Notes under the pieces: model-generated
The model's database searches: none
The model's input: only the letters and a program-made list of their open reading frames with translations
Told to the model about the DNA's origin: nothing
Shown: positions 40,970 to 55,509 of the stretch, piece after piece
Numbering within the stretch: the stretch's first letter is position 1
Layout of the letters: the number at the start of each line of letters is the position of its first letter
NCBI GenBank assembly: GCA_964016885.1
Contig: OZ024763.1
Location: 2,108,001-2,172,000 of the forward strand
DNA: 64,000 nucleotides
Direction: 5' to 3'
Source: Eledone cirrhosa
Taxonomy: Eukaryota
Program-made: the position numbers and the translations under genes

Positions 40970-41400
40970 TAATTATCTTATGTTGTTTATTACATAACTA
41001 TTTCTATATATATACATAAACACACACACATATCTATCTATATTTTGATAAAAATCTATCAGAATTAAATTTATATTGGGAGTTTAATAAATAATTGTTT
41101 CTGGATTTAAACCATTTGTTTAGCAATTGTGAATTACAATGGTTGATGTTGTATATAGAGAATCTTAACTCTCCCGAGAGAGTTGATAAAGACAAAGGTC
41201 TATAGAATTACATTTGAAGAGCATGTCCCTTGTTGCACTGCTGTTGAAATCATGAATAGATAATTGTAGCAGCTATAATCACAGTGGTTCATCTTATATA
41301 TATATATATCTATATATCTATCTATATATCTATCTATATGTATATATATATAAAATGAATCACTGCGAATATAGCAGCTACAATTATATATATATATATA

Positions 41401-42210
41401 TCATCATCATCATCATCATACATCTGCTTTTCCCTGCTTGCAAGGGTGGGACGGGTCTTATTCAGCACAGTATCTCTCCACTCGTCACGGTCCTTCGTCA
41501 TCTCCACCGTGAGCTTCAATGATCTGAGGTCTGTTCTCACCACCTCCACCCATGTTTTTTGTGGTTTACCTCTACCACGTCTTCCTACAACTGGCATTTC
41601 CTGGCACTTCTTCACCCATCGGTCATCCTCCATGCACATCAGATGTCCATACCACCTCAGTCTCCTCTCCTATACACTACATTCTATCCCTCTCAGACAC
41701 AGTTTCTCTCTCAACACATCACATGTCCATACCACCTCAGTCTCCTCTCCTATACACTACATTCTATCCCTCTCAGACACAGTTTCTCTCTCAACACATT
41801 TATGCTGGGTCGTTCACGCACATTTACACTGCACATCCAACGGAGCATGCTTGCCTCATTTCTCTCCAGCCGTCGCATATCCTCTGCAGTTGCTGCCCAT
41901 GTCTCACTACCATGCAGCATCGCGCTCCTCACACAGGCATCATACAACCTGCCTTTTTCATCAACAGAGGAAGCAGCTCACTAAACTTCTTCCAACCCGT
42001 CCTTATTCTAGATCTGATCTCCTAGGTACCTGAAGCTATCCACCACTTCTATAGCGCCCTCCTGCATCTGAAAAATGTGTCTATCAATGCGACTTCTACT
42101 GTCTAATTTCCCTGTACATCTACTGCATACATATTTCTCCCTACCTGTAGTTTGCCTGCTATCCCGCTACATCTCTTGTGTACCCAGGATCTGCATTGTG
42201 TGCATTTTAT
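41401..42210 (-). pseudogene. Decayed RTE LINE ORF 3' portion (RT C-terminal region) with (GAT)n tail
   Basis: YDACVRSAMLHGSETW...RLERNEASMLRWMC; GRRGRGKPQKTWVEVVRTDL...DRDEWR; upstream CTQCRSWVHKRCSG; frameshifts and an ~80-bp internal duplication. Confidence 0.9.
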
Positions 42211-42211
42211 A

Positions 42212-42282
<71 letters not shown>

Positions 42283-42374
42283 CAGGATGTCTCATAAAAT
42301 GTATGCACATGTTCATTACCTGTACATTATTAGAATGCTGGTGAAGTGTGTATACATTTTTGGGGGACATCCTA
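42283..42374. mobile_element. Tiny Tc1/mariner-like MITE
   Basis: TA|CAGGATGTCTCATAAAATGTATGCACA ... TGTGTATACATTTTTGGGGGACATCCTA. Confidence 0.6.
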
Positions 42375-42483
42375 TGTATGTATATATGTGAGTGTGTATA
42401 TATATATTTTATATATATACACACACACATATATACATACATACACACACACAGACACATAAAATGATATATATAGTATCTCA

Positions 42484-43840
42484 ACAACCACCACGACCAC
42501 TACCACAACGACTACCACCACCACCACCACCACCACCACTGTACCACCACACCACCACCACCATTGTACCACCACACCACCACCACTGTACCACAATCAC
42601 CACCACTGTACCGCCACACCACCACCACCACCACCACCACCACTGTACCACTACCACCACACCACCACCACCACCACTGTACTACCACCACCACCACTGT
42701 ACCACCACCACCACTCCACCACTGTACCACCACCACCACTACCACTCCACCATCACCACTGCACCACCACCACCACTGTACCACCACCACCACCACTGCA
42801 CCACGCCACCATCACCACTGCACCACCACCACCACTGTACCACCACCACCACTCCACCATCACCACTGCACCACTACCACCACTCCACCACCACCACCAC
42901 TCCACCACCACTGTACCACCACCACCACTCCACCACCACCACTCTACCATCACCACTGTACCACCACCACCACTCTACCATCACCACTGTACCACCACCA
43001 CCACCACCACACCACCATCACCACTCCACCATCACCACTGTACCACCACCACTCCACCACCACCACTGTACCACCACCACCACCACCACTGTACCACTCC
43101 ACCACCACCACCACCACACAGTAGACAGAAAACAGTAAGAAAATGCAATGTAAATCATGTGTGCATACTTCTGCACCTGATAGACCTAATTATAGCAACT
43201 GCATGTGACTGCACCACGCGCTGGTATAGATCATGTGACTGTTCCCCTACAAAGCATGTGACTTCTGCAGCATTTTACCTGCCATCTATTGATCCCTTGA
43301 TTCATTCTTGATTTTTACCAATTAATATTAACAAAGAGATAATTCTTTATAGATTCCTTTGAAATTAATTAACCCTTTCGATAGCAATCTGTCCCAAACT
43401 GCACACCTTGGGTCTATAGTGTAGCATCTAACCCAGGCTAGCTTGGTGGGGATGGTGGTGATGGTGGGGGTGGTGATGGTGGGGATGGTGGTGATGGTGA
43501 TGGTGGTGATGGTGATGATGGGGGGTGATGGTGAGAATGATGAGGGTGATGGTGGTGAAGGTGACGATGGTGGTGACGGTGGTGGTGGGGGTGGTGGTGA
43601 TGGTGGGGATGATGGTGATGGGGGGGATGGTGATGGTGGTGGTGGTGATGGTGATGGTGGGAGTGATGAGGGTGATGGTGGTGAAGGTGACGATGGTGGT
43701 GGTGGTGGTGGGGATGGTGGGGGTGATGGTGATAGTGATGAGGGTGGTGAAGGTAACGATGATGGTGATGGTGTTGGTGATGATGGTGATAGTGATGGTG
43801 ATGATGATGGCGGTGACAGTAATGATGATGGTGATGGTAA
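42484..43840. repeat. (CCA)n/ACTGT array (42484-43118) and (GGT/GAT)n array (43445-43840)
   Basis: Periodicity is directly visible. Confidence 0.85.
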
Positions 43841-44597
43841 TAATTGTTTCTACTTTTTGGCACAAGGCCAGCAATTACCCAGTGTATTACTGGTACTTTA
43901 TTTTATTGACCCCGTAAGGATAGTAATAATAATGATGATGATGATAGATTGATTTCTAGTTAAAGCACCAAAGGTCAGCAAATTTTGATGAAGGATAATA
44001 TTGATTGAATCAATCCCAATTCTTAACTGGTACTTCATCAACCCCAGTACATTACTGGTACTTTATTTCATCAACCCCAGTACATTACTGGTACTTTATT
44101 TCATCAACCCCCAGTACATTACTGGTACTTTATTCTATCAACCCTGAAAGGATATGAAAGGCAAAGCTAACCTTGGCAGAATTTGAACTCAGAACGTAAA
44201 GGGACGTAACTCTATGCCATAAAGCATGTTGTCCGACGCTCTACCGATTCTGTCAATTCATGACCCTTTATTTTCATACCTATATTAAAACCTCTAATAT
44301 AATTTTATGTAAGGAATGTCTGGTATGTTTCATACATGAGCTTATTAATGAAAAAAGTTGCTTATTTTACTAAATTCTTCCAGTGTTTGGATTATTTCTA
44401 AAATAGCCCCTTATTCATATTTCTAATGTAATGCTCTATTTCTATTAATTGCTGAAGAATTTTGGGGAATATACAAAGATTATTAATTATTTCATTACTA
44501 AGATAGTAAGTTAACATATGTTGCTTTCGTAAAATGTTTGGAAATTAATTGAAATAGGAACCTTTTTTAAATGGTTGGTTAGTAAGTTGACATTATA

Positions 44598-45527
44598 ACC
44601 ACATGTGGTTATAATGTCTCAGGAAAGAATCACTGAACAGATTTGAGAGATCACAGCTCCGATATTACAGACATGTGGTTAGAATGTCTCAAGAAAGAAT
44701 CACTGGACAGATTTGAGAGATCACAGCTCTGACACTACAGACATATGGTTAGAATGTCTCAGGAAAGAATTGCTGGACATATTTGAGAGATCACAGCTCT
44801 GATACTACAGACATGTGGTTAGAATGTCTCAGGAAAGAATTGCTGGACATATTTGAGAGATCACAGCTCTGATACTACAGACATGTGGTTAGAATGTCTC
44901 AGGAAAGAATCACTGGACAGAGAAATCACAGCTCTGATATTACAGACATGTGGTTAGAATGTCTCAGGAAAGAATTGCTGGACAGAGAGATCACAGCTCT
45001 GATACTACAGACATGTGGTTAGAATGTCTCAGGAAAGAATCACTGGACAGAGAAATCACAGCTCTGATACTACAGACATGTGGTTAGAATGTCTCAAGAA
45101 AGAATCACTGGACAGAGAAATCACAGCTCTGATATTACAGACATGTGGTTAGAATGTCTCAGGAAAGAATCACTGGACAGAGAAATCACAGCTCTGATAC
45201 TACAGACATGTGGTTAGAATGTCTCAAGAAAGAATCACTGGACAGAGAAATCACAGCTCTGATATTACAGACATGTGGTTAGAATGTCTCAGGAAAGAAT
45301 CACTGGACAGAGAAATCACAGCTCTGATACTACAGACATGTGGTTAGAATGTCTCAGGAAAGAATTGCTGGACAGAGAGATCACAGCTCTGATACTACAG
45401 ACATGTGGTTAGAATGTCTCAGGAAAGAATCACTGGACAGAGAAATCACAGCTCTGATACTACAGACATGTGGTTAGAATGTCTCAAGAAAGAATCACTG
45501 GACAGAGAGGTCACAGCTCTGATACTA
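44598..45527. repeat. Minisatellite, 65-70-bp unit, abutting a SINE family 2 head (45528-45644)
   Basis: gacatgtggttagaatgtctcaggaaagaatcactggacagagaaatcacagctctgatactaca. Confidence 0.9.
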
Positions 45528-45779
45528 GAGTGCATGGCTTAGTGGTTAGAGAATTAGATTGACAATCATGAGGTTGCAAGGTCTATTCCCAAACTGTGGG
45601 TTGTGTTATGTCCTTGAGCAAGACACTTTATTTTATGTCGCTCTTTCTGCCAGGGGTTCTAACCAGTAGATAGTATATATATAGTCATAATAATAAATTT
45701 GAAGACTAAAATCCAAAGAGGGCTCGATAAGGATAAATATATATCAGATATATAAGAACCGTAGAGCAAATATATTAAT

Positions 45780-45844
<65 letters not shown>

Positions 45845-46069
45845 CGTTTCTGAATTTGTTTAGCAAGATTCTTTATCTGAAAGCGTGTGTTGAAACCGAT
45901 ATTGTTATACTTTGGGAGGGTCATGTTGCCAATAAGAAACACACGCACCAGTTGCTTTCACTTCAATTTATTATAATATATTTATAAATTTAGGAATTTA
46001 TATATATATATATATACTCTTTTACCTGTTCCAGCCATCCGGCTGAGGCCATGCTGGGGCACACACACG

Positions 46070-46111
<42 letters not shown>

Positions 46112-46245
46112 CGAGAGTTGGCTGAAAAGAAAGTTCATAGGCTGACCAAGTTAGTCTCATGGAATGTCGAAACGAATCACGCAAGGTTTCACAGCTCTAG
46201 CACCACTGCTTCATAGTCAGCCTTTGAACTTTTCAGCCCACTCTG
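46112..46245. mobile_element. Mariner-like MITE
   Basis: TA|CGAGAGTTGGCTGAAAAG..TTCATAGGCTGAC ... GTCAGCCTTTGAACTTTTCAGCCCACTCT. Confidence 0.65.
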
Positions 46246-47227
46246 CTATATGTTCATTTTCCTGACATTTGTACATTGCCCTATGTACTATACATGCACC
46301 TTTGCTGAGTTGTAGTGCACCTGAGCACTGTGCACAATAATTTCATTATTATTATTATATATTATTATTATGTGAATTGGCAGTATCGGTAGAGGGTCGG
46401 ACGCCATGCTTTGACGCATAGAGTTACGGCCCTTGCCATTCTGAGTTCAAATCCCGCCGAGGTTAACTTTGCCTTTCATCCTTACCTGGTCGATAAAATA
46501 AAGTACCAGTAATATACTGGGAAATTGCTGGCCTTGTGCCAAAAGTAGAAACAATTATTATATAAAAAACCACAACAGCAACAACAACAACAACAACAGC
46601 AATAACAACAACAAAGCAGTTTAATTATTAAAAAAGATGAAATAAATATTTTTCTGGTTTGAAGTTTAAAAACATTTGCATTAGTTTTTCTCTCCACTTC
46701 AGAAACACTTTACATTTTTTCACTCTGTAAATTGTTTCCCTCTCAGTTTTCAAGTACAGGGCTGCAGAAACCTGGTCAGGCCGGATTTTGGGGAGGAGTT
46801 TTTTTTTTAAATGTAAATTTCAATAGAATTATCATCATGATCATCACTATCTCCACCACCAATCATCACTGCCACCATGATGATGATGATGATGATCATC
46901 ATCATCATCATCATTATTATCACCACCATCGTGGATTGGCGGTGGATTGGCAGTATCGGTAGAGGGTCGGACGCCATGCTTTCCAGCATAGAGTTACGTC
47001 CCTTTGCGGTCTGAGTTCAAATCCCGCCGAGGTTCACTTTGCCTTTCATGCTTACGGGGGGTCGATAAAATAAAAGTACCAGTAATGCACTGGGGTAATT
47101 TGCTGGCCTTGTGCCTAAAAGTAGAAACAATTATTATCACCACCATTATCATCATCATCATTATCACTATCTCCACCACAATCATCATCATCATCATCAC
47201 CACCATCATCATCATCATCATCACCAC

Positions 47228-47278
<51 letters not shown>

Positions 47279-47685
47279 TATTATCACCACCATCATCATC
47301 ATCATCACTATCTCCACCACCATCATCACTACCATCATCATCATCTTCATCTCCACTCATTACCGCCACTATATTCAGTCGTCAATATGCCTGCATGTCT
47401 GTACCAGTGCAGTCTCCTCCTTTGCACAGTACATCTCATTCCTATAATCACTTTGTGTGTGTGTGAAGGCTGTTTTAATGAATAACTCTGTGTGCTTGTG
47501 TGTGTCTATATATGTCTGTGTGTGTGTGTGTGTGTAGAAAACCTGCCAGATTGTCCTATACGAGCGAGACACGGTCACCTGACCAATCTTGCTTCAAGTG
47601 GGACAACGCCCGTCTAACCCATGCTAGCGTGGAAGATAGACGTTAAATGATGATGATGATATATACAGTATATACATATATATAT

Positions 47686-47901
47686 AACGGAGGAAATATG
47701 GTAAGGAACCAGGTGGACCATAACACACAAAAGTACTCAATACTTAGGGTAGTAGAGTGGGTAATAGGAATGAGTAGGACCCCGACGGCTGAGCTCAAGC
47801 CGTTTCGACGGCTAATTCTGGACTAAAAAAAAAATTATTTTTTTTAGTCCAGAATTAGCCGTCGAAACGGCTTGAGCTCAGCCGTCGGGGTCTTACTGGT
47901 T

Positions 47902-47906
<5 letters not shown>
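47686..47906. mobile_element. Palindromic element, family H (3' half of a hammerhead only); copies at 62154-62360 and 62875-63063, fragments at ~60840-60950 and 10046-10137
   Basis: ~70-bp arms containing GAAAC ggcttgagctcagcc GTC ggggtc; shared tail ttacccactctactaccctaagtattgagtac. Confidence 0.7.
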
Positions 47907-47939
<33 letters not shown>

Positions 47940-48739
47940 TATATATAACACAGTGTATCAAACAGCAAACATTAATTTGTATCTTGTATCTTTGCTTCCC
48001 TTCACAATTCACCAATTCAAGATGGCTGAATTAATGGCTGTTTCGATGGATGGCAGTTCACAAACTCTACACAACAAATACTGTCTTTAAGACATTGCAA
48101 CAAATTAAACTTTGTTTTTTTACAAATCTTTTAATGGTTGATACTTTAAGCAAGAAAGGGTTAAAATGTCGAAGCCATTTATTCAGTTGACCTTCAACTT
48201 TTCGGAATAATTTACGGAAGAAAAAAAAACCTTCTGAAATGTTTGATTAATATTTTGTCACACAATAAATATTTCTTCTTCTCAGATTTCCTACAAGTAA
48301 TTAAAGACAAGCTATATATATATATATATAGGTGTGTGTATGTGTATATATGTGTGTGTATGTGTATATGTATGTGTGTGTATGTGTATATAGATATGTG
48401 TGTGTGTCTATATATGTATAGGTGTGTATGTGTATTTATATGTGTGTGCATATATATGTGTATGTGTGTATATATATGTATATATGTATAGGTATGTGTA
48501 TGTGTATTTATGTGTGTGTATGTGTATATATACGTGTGTATGTGTGTATATATATATGTATAGGTATGTGTATGTGTATTTATATGTGTGTATGTGTATA
48601 TATACGTGTGTATGTGTGTATATATATATATATGTGTATAGGTGTATATATGTGTGTATGTATGTAGGTGTGTATGTATGTATGTGTATATGTGTATTTA
48701 TGTGTATGTATCTATTGGTGTGTGTATGCATATATATCC

Positions 48740-48784
<45 letters not shown>

Positions 48785-48851
48785 CATACATACACACATA
48801 CATAGACACACACACATATATATATACACATATACACTCACGCATACTTTC

Positions 48852-48884
<33 letters not shown>

Positions 48885-49271
48885 TATGTAGATACACACA
48901 TGCATACATATACACATGCATACATACACATACACACACATACCTACATATACATACACACATACACACACAGACATACACAGAAATATAAGGTTCCTAT
49001 CTTTACACATTAACTTTGGAAAATTCCATCACTTGTCATCATATTCAACAACAACAGCAACAACAACAGCAACAACAACAACATCTTAAATAACAGGGAA
49101 ACCCCCTACAAAGTCACTCAGTCTGCTAGAAATAGGAGGTGTTTGAGGTATAAGCTCAGCTTTATGTGAAATGTGTATTAGAATTTAATTAAAAAATATT
49201 CCTATTGAAATGCTGGAGGTGTATATGTCTATATAGTGTGTGTATATATGTAATGTATGTATATATGTATG

Positions 49272-49343
<72 letters not shown>

Positions 49344-49747
49344 TATATATAATATATATATATACACATATACACATACACATATATATATATATATATA
49401 TACCTATATATATACACACATATATATATGTATATATGTGTGTATCATCATCATCATCTTCGTTTAACGTCCATTTTCCACGCTATCATGGGTATAGATA
49501 AACATGTGTATATATATATATATATAAATATATATATATATAGACACGTACATATATATATATATATGCGTATATATATATATATATATAAATATATATA
49601 TAGACATGTATATATATATATATATAAATATAGACATGTGTATATATATATGTGTATATATAGATGTATCTCTCTCTCTATATATATATATAGAGAGAGA
49701 GATGTATGTATATATACACACACATATATATACATACACACACATAT

Positions 49748-49802
<55 letters not shown>

Positions 49803-49934
49803 TATAGTACATAGATATAATTCTAAGTAGATTTCAATAAGTGGTTAAATGTATGTTTGTTTTTTGTAATTTCCAAAATAATTTCAAAATATTCCTCTTT
49901 TAAAAATCAAATTCAAATTCATAAGATTAACATT

Positions 49935-49994
<60 letters not shown>

Positions 49995-50057
49995 AATATT
50001 CTGAGAGCTAACAAGATGAAGATATGATGAAATGTGTCTTAATCATAGAATACTTGA

Positions 50058-50131
<74 letters not shown>

Positions 50132-50203
50132 TTATATATACATATATTTACATACAAACAAACACACACATATATATATATATATATATACATATATATA
50201 TGC

Positions 50204-50289
<86 letters not shown>

Positions 50290-50299
50290 ATATATATAC

Positions 50300-50356
<57 letters not shown>

Positions 50357-50371
50357 CATATACACATATAC

Positions 50372-50408
<37 letters not shown>

Positions 50409-50493
50409 TACATATACACATATACATATACATATATATATATATATATGTATATATATATGTATATATATATATATACATATATACATATAT

Positions 50494-50570
<77 letters not shown>

Positions 50571-50571
50571 C

Positions 50572-50618
<47 letters not shown>

Positions 50619-50644
50619 CATATATATATATACATATATATATA

Positions 50645-50676
<32 letters not shown>

Positions 50677-50919
50677 TTATATATATATACACACACACAC
50701 ATATATTTATATATATACATATATATGTGTGTGTGATGATAATTCATTGAAGTGGTAGAGTCTCTCTAACTCCCCTGACCCCGCTGCCACCCGGTATTGA
50801 GTCCTACTCTACACAGGTATGAAATATCACCACCATATCTGTGACTGCTGCCATTGGTAACCCAGTAGGTGAGGTGTGGGGTGGCGTGTTGTATATCATA
50901 TGGTGGGTGGCTTCTTCTT

Positions 50920-53900
50920 GATCATCACCACCACCACCACCATCACCACCACCACTATAACCACCATCATCACCACCACCACCACCATCACCACCACCAC
51001 CACCACCACCATCACCATCACCACCACCACCACCACCACCATCACCACCACCACCACCACCATTATAATCACCACCACCACCATTACCACCACAATTATC
51101 ATCACCACCACCACTACCACCACCACCATCATCGTCATCACCACCACCATTATCACCACCACCACCACCACCATCACCACCACCACCACCACCACCACCA
51201 CCATTACCATCACCACCACCACCACCATCACTACCACCACCACCACCACCACCACTATCATCACCACCACCACCATCACCACCACCATTATCATCACCAC
51301 CACCACCACCATACCATTATCATCACCACCACCACCACCACCACCACCACCACCACCACACACCACCACTACACCACCACTACACACCACCATTATCATC
51401 ACCACCACCACCACCACCATTATCATCACCACCACCACCATCATCACCACCACCACCACCACCACCACAACCACCACCACCATTATCCTCATCCCCGCCC
51501 CCTCCCCCCTCCCGTCAATGTAGGTTAACCACAAGTGATATCTTTACTACAGCTTAGTTTGGTGTTTGCTGCACCAGACACACTTTCAACTGGAGTTGCT
51601 GGTCATGTGACCTGCACTGGCTGTGTGTAGGTGTGTGTGTAGGTCTGTATGTGTGTGTGTGTGTGTGTGTGTATGTGTGTAGGTGTGTGTGTGCGTGTGT
51701 GTGTGTAGTTGGGTGTGTATAGTGCATACTATGTGAAGTGCACTGTTTGTGTGTGTGTGTGTGAGGTGCCCTGTGTGTTTGTGTGTGTGTGTGGAGCATT
51801 GTATGTGTGTGTGTGTGGTGGACTGTGTGTTTGTGTGGAGCATTGTATGCGTGTAGATGTGCAGTGCATACTATGTGAGATGCACTGTGTGTGTGTGTGA
51901 GTTGAACTCTGTGTGTGTGTTTGTGTGGAGCACTGTGTGAGGTGCACTGTGTGTGTGTGTTTGTGTGGAGCACTGTGTGAGGTGCACTGTGTGTGTGTGT
52001 TTGTGTGGAGCACTGTGTGAGGTGCACTGTGTGTGAGGTGCACTGTGTGTGTGCATGTGTGCAGTAAGAATATGGTGTGTGAAGTGCAATATATATATAT
52101 ATAAGTAGATGCAATGATTGGTCATGTGATGTGCACTGTGTATGCATGTATGTGTGCAGTAAATGGTATGTGGTGAACAGTGTGTGTCTGTCTGTGTGAG
52201 GTGCAGTGTGTGTGTGATATGCAGTGTATGTGTGTCTCTGTGAGCTGCAGTGTGTGTGTGTATCTGTTTGAGGTGCAGTGTGTGTGTGTGTGTGATGGGC
52301 AGTGTGTGTCTGTGTGAGGTGCTGTGCAGTGTGTGTGTGTGTCTGTGTGAGGTGCAGTGTGTGTGTGTGTGTCTGTGTGATGTGCAGTGTGTGCGTCTGT
52401 GTGAGGTGATGTGCAGTGTGTGTGTCTGTTTGAGGTGCAGTGTGTGTCTGTGTGATGTGCAGTGTGTGTGTGTATGTGTGAGGTGCTGTGTGTGTGTCTG
52501 TGTGATGTGCAGTGTGTGTGTGTCTGTGTGAGGTGCAGTGTGTGTGTCTGTATGTGTGTGTGTGTCTGTGTGAGGTGCAGTGTGTGTGTCTGTGTGATGT
52601 GCTGTGTCTGGGTGTCTGTGTGATGTGCAGTGTGTGTGTCTGTCTGTGTGTGTGTGTGTGTGTCTGTGTGAGGTGAGGTGTGTGTGTGTTTGTGTGATGT
52701 GCAGTGTGTGTGTGTGTCTGTGTGAGGTGAGGTGTGTGTGTCTGTGTGATGTGCAGTGTGTGTGTGTCTGTGTGAGGTGCTGTGTGTGTCTTTGTGCAGT
52801 ATCTATCTATTGCAATAGTGTATAGTATATGAGGTGCAGTATGTGTAAGGTTGATGTTGTAGTAGATATAGTGGTTAGTTGCAACTGTGTGGTGGTGTGT
52901 ATATGTTGTAGTAAATGTAGTGGTTAGTTGCTGCACTGCCACCACAACACCACATCACTACCTCCACCATCACCACCACACCACATCACACCACCACACC
53001 ACCACACCACTACCACCACCACTATCACCACACCACCACCACACCACCATCACCACCACACCACACCACCACCACCACTACTACTGCTACCACCACACCA
53101 CCACCACTACTACTTTTCTACTACCACAACTACTACTACTGCTACCACCACACCACACCACCACCACTACTACTTCTCTACTACCACCACCACTACTACT
53201 ACTGCTACCACCACACACACCACCACTGCTACTACTGCTACCACCACACCACTACTACTGCTACCACCACACCAGACGACCACCACTATTACTTCTCTAC
53301 TACCACCACAGCCACTACTACTACTGCTACCACCACACCACAACCACTACTACTACTGCTACCACCACACCACAACCACTACTACTTCTCTACTACCACC
53401 ACCACCACTACTGTTACCACCACACCACACCACCCCACCACCTCTACTACTTCTCTACTACCACCACACCACACCACCACCACTACTACTTCTCTACTAC
53501 CACCACCACCACCACTACCACCACACCACACCACCACTACTTCTCTACCACCACCGCCGCCACTACCACAACCACTACTACTTCTCTACTACCACCACCA
53601 CCACTACTGTTACCACCACACCACACCACCACCTCTACTACTTCTCTACTACCACTACCACCACACCACCACCACTACTACTTCTCTACCACCACCACCA
53701 TCACCACTGCCACTACCACCACACCACCACCACTACTACTTCTCTACCACCACCGCCACCACTACCACCACACCACAACCACTACTACTTCTCTACCACC
53801 ACCACTGCCACTACCACCACACCACACCACTACCACTACTACTTCTCTACTACCACCACACCACACCACCACCACTACTACTTCTCTACTACCACCACCA

Positions 53901-54376
53901 CCACCACTGCCACTACCACCACACCACTACCACTACTACTTCTCTACTACCACCACACCACACCACCACCACTACTACTTCTCTACTACCACCACCACCA
54001 CCACTGCCACTACCACCACACCACACCACCACCACTACTACTTCTCTACCACCACCGCCACCACTACCACCACACCACAACCACTACTACTTCTCTACCA
54101 CCACCACTGCCACTACCACCACACCACACCACTACCACTACTACTTCTCTACTACCACCACACCACACCACCACCACTACTACTACTTCTCTACTACCAC
54201 CACCACCACCACCACTGCCACTACCACCACCACCACTGCCACTACCACCACACCACACCACCACCACTACTACTTCTCTACCACCACTACCACCACACCA
54301 CAACCACTACTACTTCTCTACTACTACCACCACACCACACCACCACTACCACCACCACACCACCACCACACCACCA
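50920..54376. repeat. (CAC/CAT)n array, TG-rich GTGCAG minisatellite, and (CCA/CTA)n array with ttctct
   Basis: Periodicity is directly visible. Confidence 0.85.
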
Positions 54377-54574
54377 TTAATCTCTGACATATAAAACTGC
54401 AGTTTTAACAAAACTTTAGTTTAGAAATAAATAATTTTTTTAGTAATTTTGTTTATTTAATTTCTTCCTAAAATTTCAAATGTTTTAATTATTTCCTGTT
54501 TTTATTTGGTTGTTAAAATTAAATAAAATTTTAATCCATTCTATTTCTTATTAAATACTGAGGGAGGGAGGGGG

Positions 54575-55475
54575 TATTGTAAGTCTTGAGAGAGAGTGGG
54601 AGGAAGACAGAGATAGAGAGAGGGTGAGAGATAGAGAGAGATATTGTAAGTCTTGAGAGAGAGAGTGAGAGGAAGACAGAGGGGGGAAGAGGGGGTGGGA
54701 GATAGAGAGAGATATTGTAAGTCTTGAGAGAGAGAGTGAGAGGGGGAGAGATAGAGAGAGATATTGTAAGTCTTGAGAGAGAGAGAGAGAGAGTGAGAGG
54801 GGGAGAGATAGAGAGAGATATTGTAAGTCTTGAGAGAGAGAGAGAGAGAGGGGGAGAGATAGAGAGAGATATTGTAAGTCTTGAGAGAGAGAGAGAGAGA
54901 GTGAGAGGGGGAGAGATAGAGAGAGATATTGTAAGTCTTGAGAGAGAGAGAGAGAGAGGGGGAGAGATAGGGAGAGATATTGTAAGTCTTGAGAGAGAGA
55001 GAGAGAGAGTGTGAGAGGGGGAGAGATAGAGAGAGATATTGTAAGTCTTGAGAGAGAGAGTGAGAGGGGGAGAGATAGAGAGAGATATTGTAAGTCTTGA
55101 GAGAGAGAGAGAGAGAGAGAGTGAGAGGGGGAGAGATAGAGAGAGATATTGTAAGTCTTGAGAGAGAGAGAGAGAGAGGGGGAGAGATAGGGAGAGATAT
55201 TGTAAGTCTTGAGAGAGAGAGAGAGAGAGTGTGAGAGGGGGAGAGATAGAGAGAGATATTGTAAGTCTTGAGAGAGAGAGTGAGAGGGGGAGAGATAGAG
55301 AGAGATATTGTAAGTCTTGAGAGAGAGAGAGAGAGTGAGAGGGGAGAGATAGAGAGAGATATTGTAAGTCTTGAGAGAGAGAGAGTGAGAGGGGGAGAGA
55401 TAGAGAGAGATATTGTAAGTCTTGAGAGAGAGAGTGAGGGGGGAGAGATAGAGAGAGGGATAGATTGTAAGTCTT
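54575..55475. repeat. Minisatellite: constant attgtaagtctt separated by variable (GA)n purine tracts
   Basis: About 17 units; the plus strand is almost entirely purine between the constant blocks. Confidence 0.9.
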
Positions 55476-55509
55476 GTGTGAGCTACTATATATTAAGATG
55501 GAGTTAAAG

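Larger units (their letters stand above)
40741..41000. mobile_element. Palindromic pLTR remnant, family D (97-bp arms 40806-40902 and 40904-41000, tail on the left)
   Basis: Near-perfect inverted repeat with a 1-nt spacer; tail fragment also at 12705-12737. Confidence 0.8.

Noticed and set aside
54575-55475. Constant repeat plus variable spacer pattern resembling CRISPR
   Set aside because: The spacers are only (GA)n length variants of one another.
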